Assembly: GCA_030295235.1 (NCBI GenBank)
Contig: AP026132.1
Location: 496,001-560,000, forward strand
Source of the DNA: Fistulifera solaris
Taxonomy: Eukaryota
Direction of reading: 5' to 3'
DNA: 64,000 nucleotides
Part shown: in pieces, positions 12,036 through 23,412 of the stretch
Layout: each line of letters opens with the position of its first letter
Numbering within the stretch: position 1 is the first letter of the stretch
Translations under genes and position numbers: made by a program
Notes under the pieces: model-generated
Seen by the model: only the letters and a program-made list of their open reading frames with translations
Database searches by the model: none
Told to the model about the DNA's origin: nothing

Positions 12036-12378
12036 TTGTTATTTGTTGCACTATTTCTTTCTCGTTTGGAATTGTATAGACTTCGTGAAGGCTTCCGAGT
12101 TTGAAGTGAATGGAGGGACGCGGCTTTTTCTCCCCCCTGTAAAAATTTCGGGGTAACCAGTCACCAATCATCAATCATCAGACACGCTTGCATGTCGCAA
12201 AGAGAAAACGCTTGTACATTAAAGCGTTATATTCGTTGCCTGACTCTGCATAATACTGTTGTATAGTTGCAGTAGAAGACAGAAAACAGGTTTCAGATTA
12301 AGAGATTTATGACTGTGACTATCACCATGACTTTTTTCATTCGCCTTCCGCCGTCGGAGTTTCTTCTTCTTGGTTAAT

Positions 12379-12560
12379 TGATAAAACGTAGTGAATCGAT
12401 TGAATTGCAAACAAACAAAATTATAAAGTTAACGTGCGTTACATCGCTGGTTCCGCGAGGGTCTTTTCAGTCTTTCAAACCTTCGCTTCGCCGTTTATGT
12501 CGGCACCCGGCTAACCCCAATCCTTAGGATAGCCCGTGATCGACACACCACATTTTAACA
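12379..12560 (-). repeat. 3' LTR (182 bp)
   Basis: tgataaaacg...cacattttaaca; near-identical to 18987-19173. Confidence 0.95.
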
Positions 12561-12570
12561 CTCCTCTCAA
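12561..12570 (-). other. Polypurine tract of the retrotransposon
   Basis: Minus strand TTGAGAGGAG directly abuts the 3' LTR. Confidence 0.85.
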
Positions 12571-12735
12571 GTAGATCGTTGTGAAGCGGTCAACTTGCAA
12601 CAAAAGGTGTGTCATTCATTCACATCAAATTTAAGTGGTTCACACATGCTAATCCACTTGCACACAAGATGGTTCTTCTTCCACACTAGGAAGCTTACTT
12701 CCACCTTCACAAAGGGGCACATCTCGGGACCTAGG

Positions 12736-15700
12736 TTATTTTAACCCCGATCGAAAGATATGATGCAACAGATTGCTAACAAATCGAACTCTCTTCTCTC
12801 CATGAGGTAGTTGCTTTGTCAACAAATCAGCTTCATTATCATGAGTATTCACATAGCACGTTAAGCCACTCGCTGCGCTACACCCTCACGAACAAAATGG
12901 TACGCAATGCTTTGCGATTTCTTTTCAAAGTCGAATCCGGGATTGTTGTGTTAGCCAACACTGACTGATTGTCTCCTTCAATGTAACATGGCCCATCCAC
13001 AGGTATTCCCATCATATGAAGCTTGTATCTCAGTCCTCTGAGGTACTCGCAGCACTGTTTCATAGCGACAAACTCGGATCCAAAACTACTGCTCTCGACA
13101 CTTGTCTGTTTCTTTGAATGCCAGCACACAAGCGCCATATTCAAATACACAAGAAAGCCAGTTCGTGATCTCCTGGTCAGAGAGTCTGATGCGTGGTCAG
13201 CGTCAACCTTAGCTCGAATAACGAACCCAATCCCGGCGTGGTTCCGGCATGTTCGTCGGTATGGTCTCCTGACCTTGAACATGACCGAATTCACTCGAGG
13301 CCCAATCTCTCTCCTGGAACTTAGCCTCGTCAACAAAGGGTACAGTCGGATCAAATACCATCTCGGCATTATGATACTTCTTGAGATAAGCAAAGATATG
13401 CAACACCTGTCCGAAATGTCCTTCACGCTGGCATCGCCATGAACGAAGACAAAATCGAAACCTCAAGACAAATGTCGACTCTTCCAAGCTCAACAATCCA
13501 CCGTAGAACCCCAATCAAAGACATGTAATACGCGGCAAGCGTTGAATCCAATTCAGGACTTACATCTAGCTCTGATCGGTCGAAGTTCGCATTGGAGTGT
13601 CTGCTTTCGCCGGAAGATTCCACCGACCCAATTTTCCAACGTACTTTTCAACGTTTGCGACGGCTGCTTGGACATATTGCGATGAAGAAAAGGACCACGC
13701 TTGTGTGCCGTTCTCTAACTCCACTTTTCGCACACGTCCTCCAAGATAGATCTTCGGCGGTCCAATCGATTCTTCTTTCAATTCAAAGTACTTGCCGATC
13801 TCTTCCCTCAAAACCCGTTCAGGATTTTCGCTCACACACAAAGTATCATCAGTGTAGAGAAGGATGTATTCGTAGTAGCTAGAGCCATCAGCCTTCTTGG
13901 CCGGTCTCATCCAAACATCCGGATCAGCTAGACATGAAGTGAAACCAAGATCCAACATGCCAGCACGCAAGTGGTTCCGGAAATCTCTCCCAGCCGATTT
14001 TCCGCCATACAAGGCGCGATGTATTAGTGCCACACGACCAACATTCTCCAGTCCAAACTCGATGCCACAAATTACATAGTGCTTTTGCGAGGAAGGCTGC
14101 AAATAGGGCGCTATGAATATCAGCAGCACAGATGTCAACACCGTTAAGAGCAGCATACGTGAAAGCAATTCTGACGCTTTCCCTGGAGACAACACCAGCA
14201 TAGGTAGATCCAATCGGGTCAGCAGTCTTATGCCCGTCCAGAACCCATCGAGCCTTTCGAGTAAAGTCCATCTTCACGTCCGAAGACAAGATGTCCAGTC
14301 GCAGGCGTCCACCCAGGTGGTGCTTTCTTTCCTTCACCGAGGATCTCAAATGCCACTCCAACGTTGTACATCTCTTTGGCAATTGCATCTCGCCAGAAAG
14401 TGTTACCGTTTCGTCGGTCAATTTCGTGAGGCGCTACGTCCCTGGGTATCTCGATCCCGTACTTATGCGTAGTACGTCAAGTCTCGTCTTGAGCGCACCC
14501 AGGATTGCGTTCGCTTCCGAAGAGTCATTGGTACCCACCACGAAAACGCCGGTTCATCTTCAATGCCTCTTGCAACCGCAAATTCAGCCGTTTCAACTGG
14601 GTGGGAGTCTTTTAGATCCTTGAGATGAACCCACGACTCATTACCGTCACGCCATCGAACAAGAAGTTTCCATCCTTGGGTCGTTTTTACGCAATCGCTG
14701 GCTGTCCGCTGACGTGTGACAACACGAGCTTCACTCTTGCTTAGAGCTGTCTCCTCCTTCTTGTAGTCGACAATCCCTTCCATAAGGGACTTAGAGAATC
14801 CATCGTCGTCACATTGAGCAATCATGTTCTGAGCAATCAGGTTGGCGGAGTATTCACGAACAACACCGTCAGCAAACTCGACGTCGTACACAACAGTGTT
14901 CATTGCCGGGTTATCACTGTAGGTTCCAATTGTTCGCCCGTCGTCACCAATCGTTCGTCCCACTACTCTGGCCGTTTCCACTTCACCGCCATCCTTTTGA
15001 AGCTGTACTTCAGCATTGATGATGCGATCGTAGACTGGTTGCTCGTTGAGAAGCACACCATTGGAATCAACCGGCTCTTCGATGTCTGCAAATTCTCTAG
15101 GCGTCTTCGTCACCATCCTGGTACGGTTCCCACTCGTCACTGTCGTGCTCTTTGCGTCGATAATCCTTTTGTCGCACTGGTGAGTCAATTGGTGGCGGTA
15201 TCATTGCCGTCCCCCATCTCCCTCTCAATGAGGCCGTCAAAATTTCTCTTCGACGCTTCTCTGTATCACTGTGGAGCTCGGCAATGGTCAGCGAGCGTAC
15301 TGTGCGACGAGGAACGACTCGACCATTCGCTTTCAGTACCCATTGGGCCATTTCATTCCCAGCACCCTTTGCCGGTCCAAGAACGCGTCCAAGGATCTCC
15401 TTACTGACAGGAAAGTCGTTTTGCTGATCGCGGAAGTACACCCATTCATACCACCCAAATTGACACAAGTTGCTGATATCACCTGTATCACCTGTGACAA
15501 GAGTGTAAGGGTTCTGTCCGTGCAGATTGAAACGGTCCCGTGCAGTCATGTTATTGATCCGAGCGCGCCGCTCCAAGCAGTAGTCCCACAGAGGCATGGG
15601 GCTGTTCGCCTCCTTCATGTCTTTCCGAACAGCTTCCTTCAACAGTCCAATATAAAGTTCAGCCTTGTTCGACCACGGAGTATTCTCCTCTAAAGCACGT

Positions 15701-18700
15701 AATGTCGATCCAATGTCACGACAAAAGCGTCGCACTTCGAGACTCCTGGTTTGTTCGCCGGACGCGTCACAAATGAATGCATCGGGAGCTCCCACTTCCT
15801 TTGCGAATTCCTTCATCGCTTGCAAGACTTCACCCTTCGATCTCATCGGTACAACATGCACGAAACCCTTGTCTGACACAAACAGTTGACAACACGTGTG
15901 TCCTCGTTCAGACTTGCCTGTTTTGGACGTAGCAAAGAGGGTATCCATGTAGAAGTACTCTTTGATGTGCTTGTAGCGAAGCATGCGATCGTTCGTTCCA
16001 TAGTTGCGCGCCAACTTTGGGTTGTCTTGTCGCATTCGCGTTGATCGGTAACTTCAAGTGTCCGCTCGGCATCTTTGTGTTCAATTCGCCAAACCTTGGA
16101 CAAGTGTGCAGCATCAACTCCCTGGTGCCTAATCCCGTGGGCAGCAGAGACCATGAACTCATCTGACTCGTCTCCTAATCCGGCTCGGGCAAAGTACTCT
16201 TCAACTAGATCAACAGTGTCGTCTGCGATTGCGGCGACGGGAGCATCAGTCGCATCACCATCATGGTATAGATGTCGCTGAGAGGAAACAGTTGTCGCCA
16301 ATCGCCATAGAAAATTCACCGCATTCGAGACACTCCTTCATCCTGGCTAGTAAACTAGAACAGTCGAGTTGTGGCGAGAATGGAAGAAACACGTGCTCTT
16401 CATCGGCATCTTCTGTAAAAGTGAACTCTTTTTCGACGCGGCTCCTCTCCAGACTGCTTATGACAAATGATTCCCTATCGTTGTCTTGCACAGCCGTCAT
16501 GAGATAGCGAGTCTTTGGTAGAGGCAACACCATTTCTCCGTTACAATCCAGCATCGCCGCCTCATTTATCGCATAGCTGACGTTGTGAGGGTCCCATGTC
16601 GTCGGGCGTCAACATATAGATATTCTCCGACTGTTGTAGTTGGAGGAGACTCGGCTTGCTGGTTGGGAAGAAAGAAAACACACCGTGCAAAGAAAGCGGT
16701 ATCCGTAATCCCGTCTCCTGAAAATAAATCGCATGATTCTCAACGGTCGGATCCACAGTCTGAATCTTCGGAGTGTCGTCCACAGTGACACCAGCCTCGC
16801 GCATCACAAAAGGCGGTATCAAGTTGTTGTTCATATTCGGAACATAAAGTGCATTCCGAACAAGCAAAATGATTTCATCCCCACTGTATGGACACTAGAG
16901 CAAAGCTGCATCCACAAGTGAGCACTGCATCGGCTTGTAGTCTGGTGTGAGCGAAACATCCACAGTTTCTCCAGTTCTAGCAACCACAAATGCGTTCCGC
17001 CCGACGACTGGCATATTTGCATGTGTGTCCAATTCAGTCCTCGAAATCCCTGACGTATCTTGGTCATCAACGTCCATCGCACCGGTGTCCATGACAACAG
17101 CACGTGACGATGCAATCACGCTTGTCAGGTAATCGTTCGCGCGGTATGTCGTCCTCGGTCCCATGTTCGACGGTTCTCCGGCTGTGGCTTCTGACTTACC
17201 CTCCAATCATCATTGACTGGAGTAGTCGCTGCCGCCGGGCCCAGTCAACGAAGGTAGCGATGGCTCACAGGACGGCGAGGGCCAGCACGTCGGAGAGCTT
17301 CGTTCATACGTCTCCCGTCGCGCCACCTCAGATCCCGCCTTCGCTTCCTCTTCCGCATCCTGCGTTGGTCCAGAGGGAGACTCTTCTTGTGCATCCTTGA
17401 CCTCAACAGACGACACGTTTCCACCCTGAGATGCTGAACCCGTGATCATTTGAAGAAGATTGCGCGCTTGCTGCTCCACAGCAGAGATCTGCTTGTTTCC
17501 ACTTGTTTCCGTCGGTCGCCTGGCCACGGCTTTCCAAGTGTTTGTTCACCGCCTTCTCAACTGCAGCTGCTAGCGCCTTGGTCCGCTTGTCCTTCTTCTT
17601 CTGCTTCTTAGCTGGGTTCTTGAACTCGTCTGGGTTCTTGGCCCGGTAGTCCCGCAACTCGTTCCTTTGCTCAACGGTCAGTTTTGCATATTCCTTGTTC
17701 GTGTGGTAACGCAAGTGAACTCCACTCGACCCAATTCCTTGTTTCGCAGTTGCGCCGGACGACTCAGCATGTACATCAGAGATGGACGCATTATTTCTCT
17801 TGTTGGTCCCCGTCGTATTCTGGCTGGTTTGGCAACAGGATCCTTTGGGAGTAAATAAGCGACCGCATCTTCAAAATTGTGCCTCTTGCCTCCAGGTGCG
17901 TCATCATTCTCGATGTGGGCAATTGCTGCCTGCAACCCCGCATCGTCACAAATGATTTTGCTCAACAGGTCAGTCACTCGTATAACCATCAGGAAGCTGA
18001 TGAGGTACGTGCTCGGCAGCAGCAGTCATCTGGATGTAGGCCGTGCGATGCTGCTGGACAAAACTCTCCAACGTAAAGTTTGAATTGCCTTTCCATTCTC
18101 TACGCTGCAATGATGTCCTTGTGCTTCGCAATAATGGCGTCCCATTTGTCCTTTCCAGCATACTGCGCCTTGAGTGCCAAGTAAGCTCCTCTTCCGTCCA
18201 AAGTACGCTTAAACGGGGCAATCGAGTCGTGATAAACCGTATTCCGTGTCGCCTCTTCAATCTTGAAATACACCTCCAGCGTTGTCTTCCTTGAAGTTCG
18301 ATCGGAATGAGAAGAACGATGGATCAAATCCTCCACAATAGATCCATGCTTTTCGGTGTAAGGCTGACTTTGCGCTCGAGCGGGGCATTCCGCCGCAACA
18401 TCAACCGTATCCCGAATCACGGCTGCCAAAGGCACAAACCGAGTGCCAATGCACTGGTAGCAATGGTCCTTGAAAGACTCAATCCACTTGACAAAAGAGA
18501 CACCTTTTCCCAACTTGGGCACTTCGGGTTGCTCTTTTCTTCTTTTTCGCCTTCAAGGCGTCCCACAGCTCCTGGAAGTTCTTAATAACCGGAGTATACA
18601 TCATATCCTGCGCCGTAACCGCTCTTCCGATTGTATCATAGAAGTGAAGGAGCTCAATAGCCGCTTCCAATCGAATCTGCGATTTGATGGGGAAGGAAAA

Positions 18701-18946
18701 TGGCTTCGGGAATTGTCGCTCCAGCTGGCGGGCCACCAGCTAATCCTGCATTCGGATCAGGGACACGACCGGTGGGGCGTCGAAGGCTCTCTGCGATGCG
18801 CTTCACATCATCCCGGCTTGAATGACAGCAAGTCATCGAATGTAGAGATGCCATCTCTCACCAACTGCTCATGCGTCAGCGACCGGAATTCCCATCTGTT
18901 CTGCAGCAGTGAAGAACGCCAAGTGCTGTTGTTGTGTAACCACCAT
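12736..18946 (-). CDS. gag-pol polyprotein of the copia element, fragmented by many single-base indels
   Basis: gag from ATG 18946 (RYHTNKEYAKLTVEQRNEL). Protease ELDTHAN ~17030. Integrase YMDTLF...ICDASGE...NKAELYIG at 15270-16035. RT KARWVLDGH, ALYGGKSAG, LYTDD. RNase H VDADHA, SSFGSEFVA, GDNQSV, NEADLLTK. Confidence 0.9.
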
Positions 18947-18971
18947 GGTCACTTTCGCTGTCAAAGCTAAA

Positions 18972-18986
18972 CTGGGTCTGATAAAC
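18972..18986 (-). other. Putative primer-binding site (half-tRNA type)
   Basis: GTTTATCAGACCCAG directly follows the 5' LTR. It resembles GGTTATGGGCCCAG (tRNAi-Met anticodon-arm priming) rather than a TGG-starting 3'-CCA PBS. Confidence 0.55.
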
Positions 18987-19173
18987 TGATAAAACGTGAG
19001 TGAATCGATTGAATTGCAAACAAACAAAATTATAAAGTTAACGTCGGCGTTACATCGCTGGTTCCGCTGAGGGTCTTTTCAGTCTTTCAAACCTTCGGCT
19101 TCGCCGTTTATGTCGGCACCCGGCTAACCCCAATCCTTAGGATAGCCCGTGATCGACACACCACATTTTAACA
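18987..19173 (-). repeat. 5' LTR (187 bp)
   Basis: Same sequence as 12379-12560 apart from four small indels (5 nt in total). Confidence 0.95.
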
Positions 19174-19408
19174 TAATTTCCTCTTGGTTCGGTGCTTGTG
19201 TTCCAAATGTGCGTGTCTGCCTTTTGGTCGGTCGTCGTCCGTGCGTGGGCAGTCGGGTCATGAATTGGATACCACCAAAAAACAATACTGTAATTAACAA
19301 CAAAACAACAACAAAAATTTGTTGGAAGAAGATGATTAGACTTATGAATGGAATATCATTCTTGTTACCCTCCTGCCAGATGCTAGCGTTATAAAATCTC
19401 AAAGCATC

Positions 19409-21363
19409 ATGAAAGCAGCCGGACGCAAGAAGCACACTTCATGGAAGAATCTTCCCTCCTTCTTTGATGTGTCAGGATCGGTTTCTGTGGCTACCTTCGG
19501 TGCACGGCGATTACCCGAAATCAAAGCTCTGTGGTCGCAAGTCGAACAACAAAAAACACAACTACCTTCCATTAGCGCCAAGGCACTTGAAAGTGGAGGT
19601 GGGAAAACGTCATCGAGACATCTGCGTCGACGAACCACCAGGTAAGTTTGACGGCGGTGCATGCACTAATTTTGGACAACAACTCACACTTTTTTTCCAA
19701 GCTACAAGAGACGGATTCGTCATCGCTTTCCTACAGCTGAAAAGCCACCGAGTGAAAGTCAATGTCGAAAAGCGCGTCGTCGTCGCCTCCACATGCGGGA
19801 ATGTGAACCGACTCCTCCACCGGCCAGCGATGAATCGTCAATCCACTGGATCGCAAATCATATCTGGCACGCCAAACGGTTTCATATGTGCCACTTGTGG
19901 AACTGGCGTGTACCCCTGCTGCACACCAACCGCGGTGCCAAAGCGGCGTTACGATTGGCGCAAGAGCGGACTTTGGTGCAGGAAGCGACCTGGTGTCAGC
20001 GTCCCATTCATTGCACGTGTTCCGACGTGCCATTGCTCGCACAATGCCTCCAGCGCGTGATTCCATCCTTTTCGATCCAATCCTCTCGTGATGTTCATGT
20101 CGGTAGCGGTGTTGTGCATGAAGTGGACTCTTTTCCGAAACGCGCTTTGGGTCCTATCAGATGGATATGGATGAGGCAGGAAAAGTTTTTTAAAGGCGTG
20201 GACAATACTTCTGTTGTTCTTCTGGTGCATCCATGTATACAGCAATCCGTGCTAAGAGAACTTGAGTCTATCGCTGGTTTGAAACTATGTATATATACAG
20301 AGCAGAAGCTTTGTTGTTTGCGCCTGAGAGGATTTCAACCGGATGTTTGCATCGCAAAGGCATCTAAGGGGCTGTTTTCGCTTGATTCGCAGAATGAGGT
20401 TGACGCCTTTTTCAGTGATACTTCATTATCACATCTTGATGCTACTCAACTAAACGACGCAAACGCTGATCTGCTCATTGTGAAGGATGCAACACATGAC
20501 AATTCTGTTACTTGCAATCTAGGAGTACTTGGCTTTGACATTTACTGCTCGGCTGGCATTGCCAAGTCTTTCTTTCAAGCTCTTGTCCTATCCGGTGGTG
20601 CTGCTCCTATCGGTTTAACGGAATGGTCCCATTTATTGCAAGAAGCTCATCCCCCTGTGCCCGTTTTTCCGGGGGACTGGCCGGACACTCCTGCGGGTGT
20701 CGAGTATTGGCAAACGGACGGAGTTTGGAGTACTGTGCGAAGGTACTGGGAAGGTGGATCCGGTCGCGTCAATCTTTGTGGACCGCCTTTGCGAAGCGTT
20801 CAATGGGCGGAACTTATTGATGATGTGGAGAGCGAAGACGTTGTCGTCGTTCGAGGCGCCGATTTCGGAAAACCGTTTGAGGATGCTCTCGCTGCGAGTG
20901 GATCTGCTTACAACACGCATGAGACCTCACAGAATAATTCTCGGCGTCCGCGGCGGTCTTCTAGCCGACCTTTTGTTTCGACATCAAAGCTTTCGGTGGA
21001 AGACGCAAAAGCTTTCGTTGCTTCTTGTAATGCTTTGATTCAATCGTTAACTTTGCCGGCCTTGCTTCTCTGTCACATAACTGTATTTGGAAAGGAGTGC
21101 TTGGACCGAATGATAAAGTGTTTGTCGGTCAAGGACAGCTAGGAATTATCACGTCGGCATCATTTTCACCCGCACGGGGACAGTTTCACGGTATTGCAAT
21201 TATTGGTGCATCACGATTTTTGTCTCATGTCGCTGAGGCTGTTTCAAGCGGATCGAATGCATTTGCGGTACGAGAGTGCGACGGGAAGCGTTCTATTCAA
21301 CTTGGCGTAAGCGTTCGACGAGGTGATCAATTCGTGTTCGGAACTTTAGCTCTCATTCTTTAG
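19409..21363 (+). CDS. POP1: RNase P/MRP protein subunit POP1
   Basis: FGARRLPEIKAL, RHLRRRT and the hallmark NHIWHAKRFHM...WRVPL; PVFPGDWPDTPAG; C-terminal POPLD-like LGIITSASFSPARGQFHGIAII. Intron ~19642-19700; frameshifts near 19770 and 21095. Confidence 0.88.
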
Positions 21364-21476
21364 TTTGACTTGACGGAATAATGTAAAGCGGTGCTTAGAC
21401 CCTATCTTAGATAAAGACAGGATCTGGAAGTAGGGTAATGTAGGAAATTTACTAAAAGATTAATGAACAGGGTGTG

Positions 21477-22727
21477 TTATGTCAGAGTCGGCAAGGTGAA
21501 GAAACCGGTAGCACCGCCGGCGTTTTTGCTACTTTCGTCGTCAACGCTACTATCGTCCGAATCGTTCCGCATGATTGTTCCGTCCGGACCAATTATATTC
21601 TCTGGTGGGCTTGATTGAAGTGTTAACTTCATCAAGTAGCCGAATAATGCGGTGTTGATGATAAGAAGGAGCGTCCACGTAATGTTCTTCAAGCCAAGAA
21701 GTGCGAACACAGCCACTACTAAGGTGACCAGAATGCAAACGCCAATCACGTGAGGGTTGTTGCAGACCAGCCGCACTCATGGCGGCTTGCTCTAGAAGCG
21801 TATCCTTATTCGACATCATTTGTCGTTTGTGGGCAATTAAACCCAACATGATGGCTGCGAAAAGGACCATAATCGATAACAAAACCTGGTCTGACGTTTG
21901 CCACCCATTATTAGTATTTTCTTGACCAAGGCGTTTGCACTTTCCGTCGCATGTTTGCTTGTAAGTCCAGGCGGTCGCACACAAAGGTGCCTGCGTTTTG
22001 TGCATTTCGTAGTACTGATCGTCCACATTCTGGTTCATGTCAAACCAGTTCACGCAGTTTTGACATTGTTTGAAAGGTACCTGGAGTTGTGACACGTCAA
22101 TATTGGCGTCGTCGTAACCATCCGACGTGGAGCGCTTCTTGCAATCAATGTCCGAGTAAATGTTGACAGCTAATGCCTGATTCGAGTCGTCGGCGCAACC
22201 AAGCTGCAAGTATATGTATTTGTTGTTTTGAATTTTCTGTGGTACGCAATACACGTATTGACTAACAGAGGGCTCTTCGTATTCGAGACCCTGGTCCTGG
22301 TAGTCCTGGCTTTGCTGCTGCAAATAACCTTGTACAAAGTTTCCGACAGGAACCATGTAAGTACCCACCGGCTCGTCGCCGCAATGATTGTATGCCTTAT
22401 CGTACACTGAAAACACAACAACATCTTCGCGATTGCTACGAAAGGAAAGACGGTGTGAGATAGGCTCAATTTCTGAACCTGTGGACGAAGCATGTCGACT
22501 TACTATCGGATACAGCGTTTCGGTAGAATTGCGTATTCGGTCCAATATTGAATGTATTCGCCACTGCTTTGCTGATTGCCGTTGTTGTAATATCCTTGCT
22601 GGTAGTCGATCGCGTCCATGTTTCCATCTATGTCGTCATTGTACCCATCTTGATTGCCATAATCGTCCGCTCGGGTGTCTCTTGACACCATCAACAGAAC
22701 GAATAAAATGAAAGAAATGCTTCTCAT
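21477..22727 (-). CDS. Secretory-pathway membrane protein with a Cys/N/Q-rich lumenal domain (silicanin-like) and three C-terminal TM helices
   Basis: Signal peptide MRSISFILFVLLMVS; intron 22436-22503; D/N/Q/Y-rich region; motifs VVVFSVY...C...GTYMVPV..FVQGY and YLQLGC...LAVNIYSDIDC; TM helices after GWQTSDQ; frameshift ~21752. The CDS itself is well supported; the silicanin assignment is inferred. Confidence 0.6.
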
Positions 22728-23412
22728 AATAGATCTGTCAATTGTCGTGTTCGAAATGCCCGCGGTGTCGTCAGCTTTTGCCTCTTTTATCTAAATTATT
22801 CCCGAGCAATTCCGAAACAAAACTGCAATTGCTTTTCTTATCTTCCTTTTCACCTATTTCTCACATGCAATAGATAATGATCATCAACAAAGGTCGATCG
22901 TTCATTTTTTTGCCTTGCGGCGTTTTCCACGCGCGATGAAGCCGGCGAGCGAGACGAAAGTACATTCCACTATCAAGAATCCAATGCAACGTAAACCTGA
23001 AGTAGGACCAACAATTTTCAACGGAGAAACCATCTCAACTTTTATTATTTAGGAAACGTCTTAGCCGACGACCGGGACGTTCATCCATAGTGTTCCACTT
23101 ACTTAACGAATAACGGTGCCGGTGTGACGCTATACAAAAATGAGTCCGGTTGCGGTTGCGTCTGTTCGAAGTGTTTTGTTTCGAGCCGTTCATCATTGCT
23201 CCTCATCCTTGTTATTATTTGTTATGCATTACATACAAAACGATTTTACATACGAGTCCATAACCAGCTTTAAAAAGAATTAGAGGTAGTCAAGTTTCTG
23301 GGTACGATAGACAAGACCTTCGGAGAGTGACTACAATTGACGACTCCTTGCCCTGCACGTCGTATGCATCGTGGAATATGAAATCATTTGCATAATACGG
23401 TAAACATTAATA

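Larger units (their letters stand above)
12379..19173 (-). mobile_element. Full-length Ty1/copia LTR retrotransposon (diatom CoDi-type)
   Basis: Direct LTRs at 12379-12560 and 18987-19173, reading TG...CA on the minus strand. Flanking TAAT duplication at 12375-12378 and 19174-19177. PPT TTGAGAGGAG. Domain order gag-PR-IN-RT-RH is the copia order. Confidence 0.97.

Noticed and set aside
19122..19148. Imperfect hairpin in the LTR (ggctaaccccaatccttaggatagcc)
   Set aside because: It is short and needs G-U pairs and a bulge; no function can be supported from sequence alone.
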